From Bacteroidota bacterium (GTDB lineage: Bacteria > Bacteroidota > Ignavibacteria > Kapaibacteriales > UBA961), in the NCBI GenBank assembly GCA_020852855.1, contig JADZAA010000049.1, positions 3,449 through 67,448 of the forward strand: 64,000 nucleotides of DNA, written 5' to 3'. The notes under the pieces were generated by a model. That model saw nothing but the letters and a program-made list of their open reading frames with translations, had not been told where the DNA came from and searched no databases. Both the position numbers and the translations under genes were made by a program. This document shows positions 20,777-30,391 of the stretch, one piece after another (position 1 is the first letter of the stretch; the number at the start of each line of letters is the position of its first letter).

Positions 20777-22703
20777 CTTTTGCTCCGGCCGGCGATACGC
20801 GAGCGTATCCCTGCATTTCTTGGTGCAATGCCGAGCAGAAGTCTGTGCAATAGAACGGATAGATTCCCGCTTGTTTCGGAGTCCATTTGAGTGTTTGGGT
20901 TTCGCCCGGCTTAATGAGCAATTCAGAGTTTTCCGCGCCCATTACTGCAAATCCGTGCGGTACGTCCCAATCCTGCTCAAGGTTGGTTACGTGGAAATAA
21001 ACATCGTCGCCTACTTGCACACCTTCCAAATTATCGGGCATAAAATGCGAACGTATCGTTGTCATATACACGTGAATTTCCTTGCCTTTGCGCTCTACGC
21101 GAGCCTCTTTTTCACTCTTTACGCCGTAAGGATGCTTGTTGTCTTTCAGCTGATAAACTTTCTTTTGATTTTTTATTATTACATCTGCGGGCATAGCCTG
21201 TGCATAGTGCGGCTCGCCGATAGTCGGGAAATCAAGCAGAAGTTTCATTTTCTCGCCGCTTATGTCGTATAGCTGTGCAGATTGCGTAAGCTCCGGCCCC
21301 GTAGGTAGATAGCGGTCCTTTGTTATTTTGTTGTACGCTATAACATATTTGCCCCAAGGCTTTTTGGAGTCGCCGCCCGGAATGCAAAGGTGCCCGATAG
21401 AGTAATAAGTGGGAACACGGTCCAACACTTTGAAATCTTTGAGCGACCATTTGACGATTTCCGACGATACGAACATAGAAGTATAAGCGTTGCCGTTTCC
21501 GTCAAATTCCGTGTGGAGAGGCCCGAGACCCGGTTTCTGTACTTCGCCTGCCAAAGCCGCTTGATAGTTGATAACAGGAACGCCGCCGATTTCTTTATCG
21601 AATTTTTTATCCTCAATTGCCTTAACCATTTTGCCGAACGAGAAAACCGGTATTACGGTTGCAAGTTTTCCGCCGCCCACAATATATTCGCCCGTCGGAT
21701 CTACGTCTGCCCCATGGGGCGATTTGGGAGTGGGAAGATAATAAATCAATCCGGGACATTCGGACGGATCCAATACCTTTACGGTTTGCATCATAGTGGA
21801 AGTAGCTGTATGTGTGCTTTCGTCGTACACGTTGTGTGCATACTTGGCCGGCATTTCTTTGAATTTGCCTTGCGCTACAAACTCTTCTGCTTTTTTCCAA
21901 TTTATCGCCGCAATGAAGTCTTTGTCGTTTTGGCTTGCGTTAACTTCCAGCAAAGTATTTGCTTCTTCGGAGTTGTACGACGTAAAGAACATCCAACCGT
22001 GCGACGGGCCTTTGCCTGCATGCGCAAGGTCATAATCGTATCCCGGTACCAATATCTGGAAAGCAACCCCCATATTACCCGTGGTTTTGTCAACTTTTAT
22101 AAAACTTAATGTTCCTTTGAACTTTTCTTTGTAGGATGCAATTGATACGTCCTCGTTCGGAACAGGCAAACTGAAACGTGTTCCTGCCACTACATATTCC
22201 GTATTTTCGGTTGTAAACGGCGAGGAGTGATTGCCTGAACTATTGGGAATTTCGATAATCTCTGCCGTAGTGAACGAGGTCAGGTCAATTCGTGCTATAC
22301 GCGGCGTATTATTGCCGTTAATGAATACCCAACGTCCGTCAGGCACACCGTCGGTCTGTGAAAGCTCGGGGTGATGCGCATCGTCCCACGGTATAAATCC
22401 GTAAGAAGTATTCAGCATAGGCTTTGTTTCTTCGGAAAATCCCCAGCCTTTTTCTGGGTCAAGCGAAAAGACGGGAATTACGCGGAACAAACGTCCACTC
22501 GGAAGTCCATACACGGCTAATTGTCCGCTGAATCCGCCCGATACGAAATTGTAGAACTCATCGTATTTTCCCGGGGGAACATACGTGCGCGTTGCCGCGT
22601 CGTCGCCTATTGCTGCCGTTTCCTTTTGAGTGGAGCAGCCGTAAAAATACATTCCGACTGCCACGGCGGCTAATGTTACCGACAGCCAAATTTTCATTTT
22701 CAT
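20751..22703 (-). CDS. nosZ: Nitrous-oxide reductase NosZ, clade II (Sec-dependent)
   Basis: C-terminal CuA cupredoxin motif HGFAV...CTDFCSALHQEM. Beta-propeller body of 650 aa. N-terminal Sec/lipoprotein-type signal MKMKIWLSVTLAAVAVGMYFYGCS with no twin-arginine. SD GGAGAC upstream. Confidence 0.9.
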   Translation of the reverse strand: MKMKIWLSVTLAAVAVGMYFYGCSTQKETAAIGDDAATRTYVPPGKYDEFYNFVSGGFSGQLAVYGLPSGRLFRVIPVFSLDPEKGWGFSEETKPMLNTSYGFIPWDDAHHPELSQTDGVPDGRWVFINGNNTPRIARIDLTSFTTAEIIEIPNSSGNHSSPFTTENTEYVVAGTRFSLPVPNEDVSIASYKEKFKGTLSFIKVDKTTGNMGVAFQILVPGYDYDLAHAGKGPSHGWMFFTSYNSEEANTLLEVNASQNDKDFIAAINWKKAEEFVAQGKFKEMPAKYAHNVYDESTHTATSTMMQTVKVLDPSECPGLIYYLPTPKSPHGADVDPTGEYIVGGGKLATVIPVFSFGKMVKAIEDKKFDKEIGGVPVINYQAALAGEVQKPGLGPLHTEFDGNGNAYTSMFVSSEIVKWSLKDFKVLDRVPTYYSIGHLCIPGGDSKKPWGKYVIAYNKITKDRYLPTGPELTQSAQLYDISGEKMKLLLDFPTIGEPHYAQAMPADVIIKNQKKVYQLKDNKHPYGVKSEKEARVERKGKEIHVYMTTIRSHFMPDNLEGVQVGDDVYFHVTNLEQDWDVPHGFAVMGAENSELLIKPGETQTLKWTPKQAGIYPFYCTDFCSALHQEMQGYARVSPAGAKVELSTNTR

Positions 22704-22772
22704 AATGTCTCCAGAAATAAACCGGTTGATATGTTAAGGAACAATGATTGGATTCCGTTTCTTATTTTGATT

Positions 22773-23279
22773 TTACTTTCCGGAAGCAGGCTCGGTAGCT
22801 GCAACACGGAGATATTCCAATATATTGCGCGCATCTTGTTCGTCAACGCTTTGATTGGGCATCTGTATCAGATATTCTTGCAGAAGGCATTTTACCGTGT
22901 CGTCTTTCTCTAACATCGCTTCCGTATCGAGTATCATATTCATAATCCATTCCGGCGTGCGACGAGCCGTAATGTCGCGCAAGCCGGGGCCTACATAACG
23001 AGAATCTAATTTATGGCATGCAACACATTTCGTGTCAAACACTTCGCCGCCTTTTTTTGCAAGAGCATGGTCAATATCACCAAGTTTAACTTCGGTAATG
23101 CGCCCATAACCCTTAGGGTTCGGTTTAGGCTTGGCCGCTTCCGCCGGCGGAGTTTGAGCGTCGGCTGCCGGCTTATCGCCGCCGGAACTGCAACCAACAA
23201 CAACTACCGCTGCAAGCACATAGAGGAATTTCTTCATGATTTTTCTTGAAAGTACACTAAATAATAGAAGTTTTAACAC
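22773..23279 (-). CDS. Mono-haem c-type cytochrome (NosC-like electron donor)
   Basis: Signal peptide, then the CVACH haem-binding site. Encoded directly upstream of nosZ on the same strand. Confidence 0.7.
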   Translation of the reverse strand: MLKLLLFSVLSRKIMKKFLYVLAAVVVVGCSSGGDKPAADAQTPPAEAAKPKPNPKGYGRITEVKLGDIDHALAKKGGEVFDTKCVACHKLDSRYVGPGLRDITARRTPEWIMNMILDTEAMLEKDDTVKCLLQEYLIQMPNQSVDEQDARNILEYLRVAATEPASGK

Positions 23280-23309
23280 AAAATTAGGTGCATTGCGGCA
23301 TTGTCGAAA

Positions 23310-23336
23310 TGATTTTTATCATATTGATGATTTTTA
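23310..23336. promoter_or_regulatory. FNR/CRP-like palindrome aTGAT-N4-ATCAt, plus a 9-bp direct repeat TGATTTTTA x2, in the nosC/divergent-gene promoter region
   Basis: TGATTTTTATCATATTGATGATTTTTA read directly, 30-60 bp upstream of the nosC ATG. A Bacteroidota-type TAATTTTG -7-like motif also occurs on the minus strand near 23300. Confidence 0.3.
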
Positions 23337-23565
23337 ATGAAGCGAAATGTAAATATGGCGTATAAAACAGTTGAAATTACAGATGATTCCGGCAAAAACA
23401 AGAAGGTATGCGGTCCGAAACAAATTGGAATCCACACCGGAGTTTTGTCCGCAATTTCTACCGACTCTTTAACAATAATACGAATTTGACTATTTTTGCA
23501 AAGTTTGCTCAAAGTTGTTACGGGCGAAGCGATATTTTATTCGTTACTTTATTTTAGTTAAAATT

Positions 23566-24117
23566 ATGAAAGCGATTATCGGATTATTGATGCTGCTTGT
23601 CGCAGTAGCCGCAAATGCTGGCGGAACGGAGATTCGAGGGACAGTATTGGGCTTTGACGGCAAGCCGATGGCATTGGCTAACGTCAATATCTTAAAAAAT
23701 ATGCGCGGTGCTACCGTTGCGGAGGCAAAAAAAGACGGCACGTATATGTTTTCCACCGCCGAGCGCGGATTGATAACATTAGAATTTTCGGGCGTAGGGC
23801 ATATAGCCAAAACGGTTGATTTGTTGCTTACGGACGCATCGTCGGCCAAACCGATTATCATAAATACCCGGCTCGCGGCAAATGTTCAACCGAAAAAAAT
23901 TGACTCCGTATTCATTGTTGGCAGTTTTAATGACTTTGATTTTAAAACCGGCACGAAAATGAAGCCCCAGGCGGACGGTACTTTCGGCGCAGAATTTAAA
24001 GAGAGCAAAGTGGAGTTCGAGTATCAATTATTGATTTTCGATGGTTCGCCTATGTCGGGTATGCGGAGCATCAACGGCACACAAATCAGACTCGTATGTG
24101 TACGACGGCGGCGGTGA
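23566..24117 (+). CDS. Secreted protein with a carboxypeptidase-regulatory-like (CarbopepD_reg_2) domain
   Basis: Signal peptide MKAIIGLLMLLVAVAANA, then IRGTVLGFDGKPMALANVNIL...DGTYMF. The 3' end overlaps a second frame (24041-24117), suggesting a frameshift. Confidence 0.5.
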   Translation: MKAIIGLLMLLVAVAANAGGTEIRGTVLGFDGKPMALANVNILKNMRGATVAEAKKDGTYMFSTAERGLITLEFSGVGHIAKTVDLLLTDASSAKPIIINTRLAANVQPKKIDSVFIVGSFNDFDFKTGTKMKPQADGTFGAEFKESKVEFEYQLLIFDGSPMSGMRSINGTQIRLVCVRRRR

Positions 24118-24127
24118 TTATCGTTCG

Positions 24128-24646
24128 ATGTTAAAATCGGCAAACGGTAAGTGTATTATTACATTTGAACCGAATAAAATGCCCTCGGAATCACCGGAAG
24201 CAAAAATCGGTGTAGAAGATGATTTCCAACAAAAATTTGCACAATTAAAAGAGAAGTCAGCCGAAAGGTTGGACGATGTACGAGAACAGATAGCGGAATC
24301 TTATTCTAAGAACGGCGGCAAAATACAATTTGACCCCGAACCTGTACGAGCAGAAATATTGAAAGGTGCAACCGACGAGAATAATACCGATTTTCGTGCG
24401 CTGATAATGATGAACTATATGGCAGTACCGTATTGCGATGCTCCCGATGAACGCAGTCGTAAAATTGCCGCCGAATTATTGGAAATTGCTTCCGCCAAGT
24501 CGCCGCTATGGTACGACAAAGGATATGCAATAACCGCTATAAGTATGACCGGTACACCCGAAAAATACGGGCAATATATTATGGATATGAATAAATCGTC
24601 AAGCGATACGAACGCTGTGCCTTGGGCAATGATGTCGGCGATGTGA
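24128..24646 (+). CDS. Hypothetical protein (ORF open from 24041), in frame with the downstream redoxin ORF
   Basis: No recognisable motif. Separated from the thioredoxin-like ORF only by a single in-frame TGA at 24644-24646. Confidence 0.4.
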   Translation: MLKSANGKCIITFEPNKMPSESPEAKIGVEDDFQQKFAQLKEKSAERLDDVREQIAESYSKNGGKIQFDPEPVRAEILKGATDENNTDFRALIMMNYMAVPYCDAPDERSRKIAAELLEIASAKSPLWYDKGYAITAISMTGTPEKYGQYIMDMNKSSSDTNAVPWAMMSAM

Positions 24647-24697
24647 ACTGCTGAAACTTTCGGGCGTAAATCCGACATAGCACCGGTTTACGCGCTG

Positions 24698-25204
24698 ATG
24701 AAGAAGTATTTTGCAACGTCGAAAGCTTTCTCTACGGCTAAACGACAATATGACCCGTCAAAAGCCATAGAAATCGGAAAATCTATACCTGTTTTTTCTT
24801 TCATTTCCATTGATAACGCCGACAATCAAATCACCAATAAAGACATTAAAGGTAAATATACATTAATTGACCTTTGGGCTGTATGGTGCGGACCGTGTCG
24901 CGGGGAAATGCCGCATTTGCACGAGGCTTATGAAAAATACAAAGGAAACAATTTTGAAATTCTAAGTGTTTCTTTCGACAGAGAAGCAAATGATGTAACT
25001 AAATTCCGCGCCGGTAAATGGAAAATGCCGTGGTTGCATGCTTTCAGCGACGGAATATTCGAGAGCAAAGCCGGCGAAATATTTGAAGTTGTAGGTATTC
25101 CAAAGCCTATATTGGTTTCACCCGACGGCGTAATCGTTGCTATGGATACGGAATTGCGCGGAGATAGATTGGAACAAACTTTGGCAAAATACTTGAAAAA
25201 ATAA
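24698..25204 (+). CDS. TlpA/ResA-like thiol-disulfide oxidoreductase (thioredoxin fold)
   Basis: Active site WAVWCGPCRGEMP. Redoxin length. No signal peptide of its own, consistent with it being the C-terminal domain of a longer protein. Confidence 0.75.
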   Translation: MKKYFATSKAFSTAKRQYDPSKAIEIGKSIPVFSFISIDNADNQITNKDIKGKYTLIDLWAVWCGPCRGEMPHLHEAYEKYKGNNFEILSVSFDREANDVTKFRAGKWKMPWLHAFSDGIFESKAGEIFEVVGIPKPILVSPDGVIVAMDTELRGDRLEQTLAKYLKK

Positions 25205-25263
25205 GCCGGCCGGCATAAAGCCGACAGATTTTACTTCGCAAACAGAGGCGCGTTGGAATAAAA

Positions 25264-26934
25264 ATGATGGAAAACTCTACTGCACGAATCATTCGCGCAC
25301 CGCGAGGTACCGCGCTAACGTGCAAAAATTGGCAGATAGAAGCCGCTTATCGGATGATACAGAATAATCTCGACCCCGATAATGCCGAGCGGCCGCAGGA
25401 TCTGATAGTATATGGCGGCTTGGGGAAAGCGGCGCGAAATTGGGAATGTTTCGACGCAATTTTAGATTGTTTGCGCAACCTAGATACCGACGAAACTTTG
25501 CTTGTGCAATCCGGTAAGCCGGTTGGCGTTGTGCGAACTCATACGGACGCGCCGCGTGTGGTCATCGCAAATTCCAATCTTGTTCCTAAGTGGGCAACTT
25601 GGGACGAATTCAGGAGGCTTGACGCACTCGGGCTGATGATGTACGGACAAATGACAGCCGGAAGTTGGATTTATATCGGGACGCAGGGAATATTGCAAGG
25701 AACTTATGAAACGTTCGCAGAATGTGCACGGCAACATTTCGGGGGTTCTTTAAACGGGCGGTTCGTATTGACTGCCGGGCTCGGAGGAATGGGAGGAGCT
25801 CAACCTTTGGCGGCCACATTCAACGGTGCGGCAATATTATGCGTCGAAGTTGATGAAGCGCGTATTGACAAGCGCATTCACGATAAGTATTGCGATGTAA
25901 AAACAGATAATCTTGATGAAGCATTAGAGGCTGTTTTCAAACATGTCAAAGAGAAAACGCCTGTTTCCGTCGGCTTGCTCGGGAACGCAGCGGAAATTCA
26001 CGCAGAGATTTTGCGCCGCGGTATAGTTCCCGATGCAGTTACAGACCAGACTTCGGCACATGACCCGTTGAACGGGTATTATCCGGCAGGTATGACAAAA
26101 GCGGCGGCCGACTCTTTGCGTACGGAAAATCCGGCAGAATATTTGCAAAAAGCATATTCTTCGATTTGTGCCCATACAGAAGCTATGCTCGAATTCGGGC
26201 GACGCGGTGCCGTGGTGTTCGACTACGGAAATAATATTCGCGGCATAGCGAAAGAGCATGGAGTAGAACGGGCTTTCGATTTTCCGGGATTTGTCCCGGC
26301 ATTTGTGCGCCCTCTGTTCTGCGACGGCAAAGGGCCGTTTCGCTGGGTGGCACTTTCGGGCGATCCGCACGATATAGCGGTAACAGACGAGGCCGTAAAG
26401 AATCTTTTTCCGAACGACGAACCATTGAACCGCTGGATTGATAAAGCGTCCAACAGTCTGCGCTATCAAGGCTTGCCCGCTCGAATTTGCTGGTTGGGAT
26501 ATGGAGAACGTGCAAAAGCAGGAAAACTTTTTAACGACCTTGTGAGCGAAGGTAAAGTTTCCGCACCGATTGTTATCGGGCGCGACCATCTCGACTGCGG
26601 CTCGGTTGCATCGCCGAACCGTGAAACCGAAGCGATGCTTGACGGGTCTGATGCGGTAGCCGATTGGGTGTATCTGAACTTTGCCTTGAATGTCATCGGT
26701 GGCGCAACCTGGGTTTCTTTGCATCATGGCGGCGGCGTAGGTATGGGATATTCTTTGCATGCCGGAATGGTTGCAGTAGCCGACGGAACGCCCGAAGCAG
26801 AAAAACGGTTGTTACGAACATTAACCTACGACCCGTTAATGGGAATACTTCGACACACCGATGCCGGTTACGTCCGTGCCGCAACAAATGCGCAAAAATT
26901 TGGCATAAAAATTCCCTTAATGAAACAAACCTAA
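25264..26934 (+). CDS. hutU: Urocanate hydratase
   Basis: 556 aa with [31 protein letters not shown] and [11 protein letters not shown] (NAD-binding), highly characteristic of urocanase. Confidence 0.9.
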   Translation: MMENSTARIIRAPRGTALTCKNWQIEAAYRMIQNNLDPDNAERPQDLIVYGGLGKAARNWECFDAILDCLRNLDTDETLLVQSGKPVGVVRTHTDAPRVVIANSNLVPKWATWDEFRRLDALGLMMYGQMTAGSWIYIGTQGILQGTYETFAECARQHFGGSLNGRFVLTAGLGGMGGAQPLAATFNGAAILCVEVDEARIDKRIHDKYCDVKTDNLDEALEAVFKHVKEKTPVSVGLLGNAAEIHAEILRRGIVPDAVTDQTSAHDPLNGYYPAGMTKAAADSLRTENPAEYLQKAYSSICAHTEAMLEFGRRGAVVFDYGNNIRGIAKEHGVERAFDFPGFVPAFVRPLFCDGKGPFRWVALSGDPHDIAVTDEAVKNLFPNDEPLNRWIDKASNSLRYQGLPARICWLGYGERAKAGKLFNDLVSEGKVSAPIVIGRDHLDCGSVASPNRETEAMLDGSDAVADWVYLNFALNVIGGATWVSLHHGGGVGMGYSLHAGMVAVADGTPEAEKRLLRTLTYDPLMGILRHTDAGYVRAATNAQKFGIKIPLMKQT

Positions 26935-27164
26935 ACAAAATACGTTACTATGACATATTGTCAGAAATGCAACGGATTTTTAATGACGCTGAATTGTTCC
27001 ACATATAGGGCTGATATGCAATAGATTGTTTACCGCTTGTTTTGTTGTTGCTAACTAACGTAAAATAAGGAGATTGCGATATGTATCGTACTCAACGGGC
27101 GGGAGTTGCTCGCTATACTTCGGTAAATAATCGTCCTATTGTTCCTATATTGCAAGGTGAAAAA

Positions 27165-27722
27165 ATGGATTTGGCATTGCAAATTGAACATCTGTTCCGC
27201 ACCGACCGGAAAAAATTTCTCGGCTTTATACGTCAACGGGTTCGCAGCCAAGAGGAAGCCGAAGATATTTTGCAAGACGTGTTCGCCAATGTATTGGCTG
27301 CCTCGTCGAGCGTACAAAAGCCCATAGAAAATATTGCTTCTTGGGTGTTCACCGCTGTCCGAAACAGAATTATTGATTCATACAGAAAAAAACGCGCAGA
27401 AAATTTTTCGGATATGCAAACGCCCGGGCAAATCGAAGAAGGTGTTGATTCATTCGAGAATTTTATCGGCGATTTAACTCATAGTCCCGAAAATGAATTA
27501 TCGCGCAAGACAATATGGGAAGCCGTCTTAGGAGGGCTTGCAGAATTACCGTCCGAACAACGCGAAGTATTCGTGAAAAACGAATTCGAGGGCGTTTCGT
27601 TCCGTAAAATGTCCGAAGACAGCGGCGTAAATATCAATACTTTGCTCGCCCGCAAGCGTTATGCGGTATTGCATTTGCGCAAACATCTGAAGCATCTGTA
27701 CGATTCGATGAACGAGAACTGA
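27165..27722 (+). CDS. ECF-type RNA polymerase sigma factor (sigma-70 family)
   Basis: Region 2 DILQDVFANV. Region 4 HTH near the C-terminus. Start chosen at the Met with a GGTGA SD; the ORF is open from 27081. Confidence 0.7.
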   Translation: MDLALQIEHLFRTDRKKFLGFIRQRVRSQEEAEDILQDVFANVLAASSSVQKPIENIASWVFTAVRNRIIDSYRKKRAENFSDMQTPGQIEEGVDSFENFIGDLTHSPENELSRKTIWEAVLGGLAELPSEQREVFVKNEFEGVSFRKMSEDSGVNINTLLARKRYAVLHLRKHLKHLYDSMNEN

Positions 27723-27750
27723 TAAGTCGCATAATTCTTAAAAACAGCAA

Positions 27751-27795
27751 CAGCTCGCCGACGTAAATGACGGCGGGCTGTTGTGCGTTTTTGCT
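27751..27795 (+). terminator. Rho-independent terminator after the sigma factor gene
   Basis: CAGCTCGCCG-loop-CGGCGGGCTG stem (one G-U wobble) followed by TTGTGCGTTTTTGC. Confidence 0.55.
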
Positions 27796-28157
27796 TGCTG
27801 TTAAATAAAACTGACACCGTATTATTACTTGCACAGAGTTTTTGATTGAGTTAAATGAATACTGACATATTTAGAAACCAAAGCTATGCAAATATGGCAG
27901 ATTGACAGGCACTTAAAGTCAGAATAGGTATGCAAAGCATAATTTACGATAGAAAAAGATACAGAGTGAACCATTATTTGCGTACAATCAGTTGTACAAA
28001 AACAATAATCCAATTAGGACTATGCTAAATCGGCATAGTCGATTCAGGCTTTTGCGGACTGCTTGGCGCGAAAATCGGTATTTTTGCGGTTCAGTTGTAT
28101 TTTGTTTCTCTCTTTTTTATCTGAACCCGAATAAAACAGCGTAATATCATTCAGCCT

Positions 28158-30287
28158 ATGCTTCAAGTATTGCAATATCAAAAAAACGGCGAAATGCTTG
28201 TGGCGGAATTGCCGCAACCGCAATGCCGTGCAGGAGGTATTTTGGTGCGTACAGTTGCCTCGCTTATCAGTGCGGGCACCGAGCGTTCATCGGTTGCCGG
28301 TGCGCAATCTTCTATGCTGGAACGCGCACGATCACAGCCGGAAGCCGTTAAACAAATTATCGAAAACATCAAGAAAGAAGGGCTTATCGCTACCTACGAG
28401 CGAGTAAAGTCGAAACTTGAATCATATAAAATGCTGGGCTACAGCGCGTCGGGTATTGTCGTAGAATCTCGTTGCCCGGAATTTGCCACGGGCGACCGAG
28501 TAGCCTGTGCCGGAGCGCAATTTGCCCATCATGCCGAATATATTTCCGTTCCAAAAAATCTGGCAGTCAGAATTCCTGATAAGGTTTCTTTTGAAGATGC
28601 CTGCTACACAACATTGGGAGCAATTGCAATGCAAGGCGTTCGCCAGGCCGATGTACGGCTCGGCGAAACGGTTGCCGTAATCGGTTTGGGCTTGCTCGGT
28701 CAAATTACAGTACAACTATTGAAAGCGTCGGGCTGCCGTACAGTAGGCTTGGATATTAACGAGGCTTTATTCCCGATGGCTTCGGAATTTGGTTGCGAAG
28801 CTACTTTTGTAAGCAAACTAGAATCTGCATCAGCCATAAAATCCTTTACTCGCGGATTAGGAACTGATGCAGTAATAATTACTGCAAGTACCGATTCCGA
28901 CGAGCCGATGTTGCTTGCACTCGATATTGCCCGTAAAAAAAGCCCGGTCGTAGTTGTGGGTGCAGTACCGATGAATGTGCCGCGCTCGCCCTTTTATGAA
29001 AAAGAACTGGAACTGCGGATTTCATGCAGCTACGGGCCGGGGCGTTACGATCCGATTTACGAGGAAAACGGCATTGATTACCCTTCAGGTTATGTGCGTT
29101 GGACAGAAAACCGCAATATGGGTGCGTTTTTGGATTTAATTGCAGCCGGAAGTCTGCGTGTAGAATCTATGACAACGCATAGAATCGCGATAAACGATGC
29201 CGTTATGGGCTATGATTTAATCACGGGGAAAATTCGCGAGCCTTATCTTGGAATTGTGCTTAATTATCCCGAATCCGCCGCACCGTCTAAAAAATGTATT
29301 AAAAACAAAGAATTTGACAAGCAATCGTCCGTCGGCTTAGGATTGGTTGGTGCGGGAAGCTTTGCGCAGGCTATGCTGTTGCCGCCGCTGAAAGCCGCAG
29401 GCGTAGATTTTGCGGCTGTTTCTACATCAACTCCGGCAAATGCAAAATCGGCCGCGCATAAATTCGGTTTTGCACAATTTTCCACAGATTCTTCGGAGGT
29501 AATTGCCGATAAAAATGTTTCTTTCGTTGTAATAGCCTCGCGCCACGATTCGCATGCACGATACGTTGAACAGGCACTTATTGCCGGAAAACCGGCTTTT
29601 GTGGAAAAACCCCTTGCAATTAATCGAGAGCAACTCGATGCAATAGATGAGTTTGCTGCAAACGGGCGCATTATGGTCGGGTTCAACCGCCGATTTTCTG
29701 CACCGTTCAAAGCCATAAAAGAGTTTTTCGGCAAACGTTCCGACCCGATGACAATGGTATATCGTGTTAATGCCGGCTCAATTCCTAAAGCAAACTGGAT
29801 ACAAGATACCGCACAAGGCGGGCGCATAATCGGCGAAGGTTGCCACTTTTTCGACTGTATGACGTATCTTTGCGGTGCATTGCCCATAGCTGTTTATGCC
29901 GAATCAATATCGGGGGCAAATCGTGAAATTGCAAATCATGACATTGTGAGTATAACGGTAAAATTTACCGACGGATCCGTTGGGACTTTGCATTATTTTG
30001 CTAACGGCGACGCTTCTTTGGGTAAAGAGTATTGCGAAGTGTTTTGCGAAAACTCGGTTGCAATCATGGATAATTTCACCAAAGTTTCGCTACATCGCGG
30101 CAAGAAACAAAAAATACTGACATTCGACGGCTCGAAAGGGCATAGGGAAGAAATAGAAGCAACCGTTAAAGCGGTTAAATCCGGTACGCCAATGCCTATT
30201 GGTTACGCCGAAATTCGTGCCGTAACATTGGCTACTTTTGCGGCGGAAGAATCGCTTGCTACGGGAAATAAAATACCGATTATGTAA
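28158..30287 (+). CDS. Fused zinc-type alcohol dehydrogenase (MDR) and Gfo/Idh/MocA oxidoreductase
   Basis: N-terminal half has the MDR Rossmann motif VIGLGLLGQITVQLLK. C-terminal half has the Gfo/Idh/MocA N-terminal motif GLVGAGSFAQ...ASRHDSHARYVEQALIAGKPAFVEKP. Confidence 0.75.
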   Translation: MLQVLQYQKNGEMLVAELPQPQCRAGGILVRTVASLISAGTERSSVAGAQSSMLERARSQPEAVKQIIENIKKEGLIATYERVKSKLESYKMLGYSASGIVVESRCPEFATGDRVACAGAQFAHHAEYISVPKNLAVRIPDKVSFEDACYTTLGAIAMQGVRQADVRLGETVAVIGLGLLGQITVQLLKASGCRTVGLDINEALFPMASEFGCEATFVSKLESASAIKSFTRGLGTDAVIITASTDSDEPMLLALDIARKKSPVVVVGAVPMNVPRSPFYEKELELRISCSYGPGRYDPIYEENGIDYPSGYVRWTENRNMGAFLDLIAAGSLRVESMTTHRIAINDAVMGYDLITGKIREPYLGIVLNYPESAAPSKKCIKNKEFDKQSSVGLGLVGAGSFAQAMLLPPLKAAGVDFAAVSTSTPANAKSAAHKFGFAQFSTDSSEVIADKNVSFVVIASRHDSHARYVEQALIAGKPAFVEKPLAINREQLDAIDEFAANGRIMVGFNRRFSAPFKAIKEFFGKRSDPMTMVYRVNAGSIPKANWIQDTAQGGRIIGEGCHFFDCMTYLCGALPIAVYAESISGANREIANHDIVSITVKFTDGSVGTLHYFANGDASLGKEYCEVFCENSVAIMDNFTKVSLHRGKKQKILTFDGSKGHREEIEATVKAVKSGTPMPIGYAEIRAVTLATFAAEESLATGNKIPIM

Positions 30288-30391
30288 TTTTTCATAAACG
30301 CGGGCGAACGGTTACGGCTGAAAATTGCTTGTTTGTCTTACGATAAAAAATATTTGCGTAATTTCATGAAAAATAACTTTTAGCGAATCTA

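Noticed and set aside
24644-24646. In-frame TGA read as selenocysteine
   Set aside because: The TGA lies upstream of the redoxin domain, not at the CGPC active site, and I cannot see a bSECIS-like hairpin immediately downstream. Pseudogene, sequencing error or read-through is more likely.
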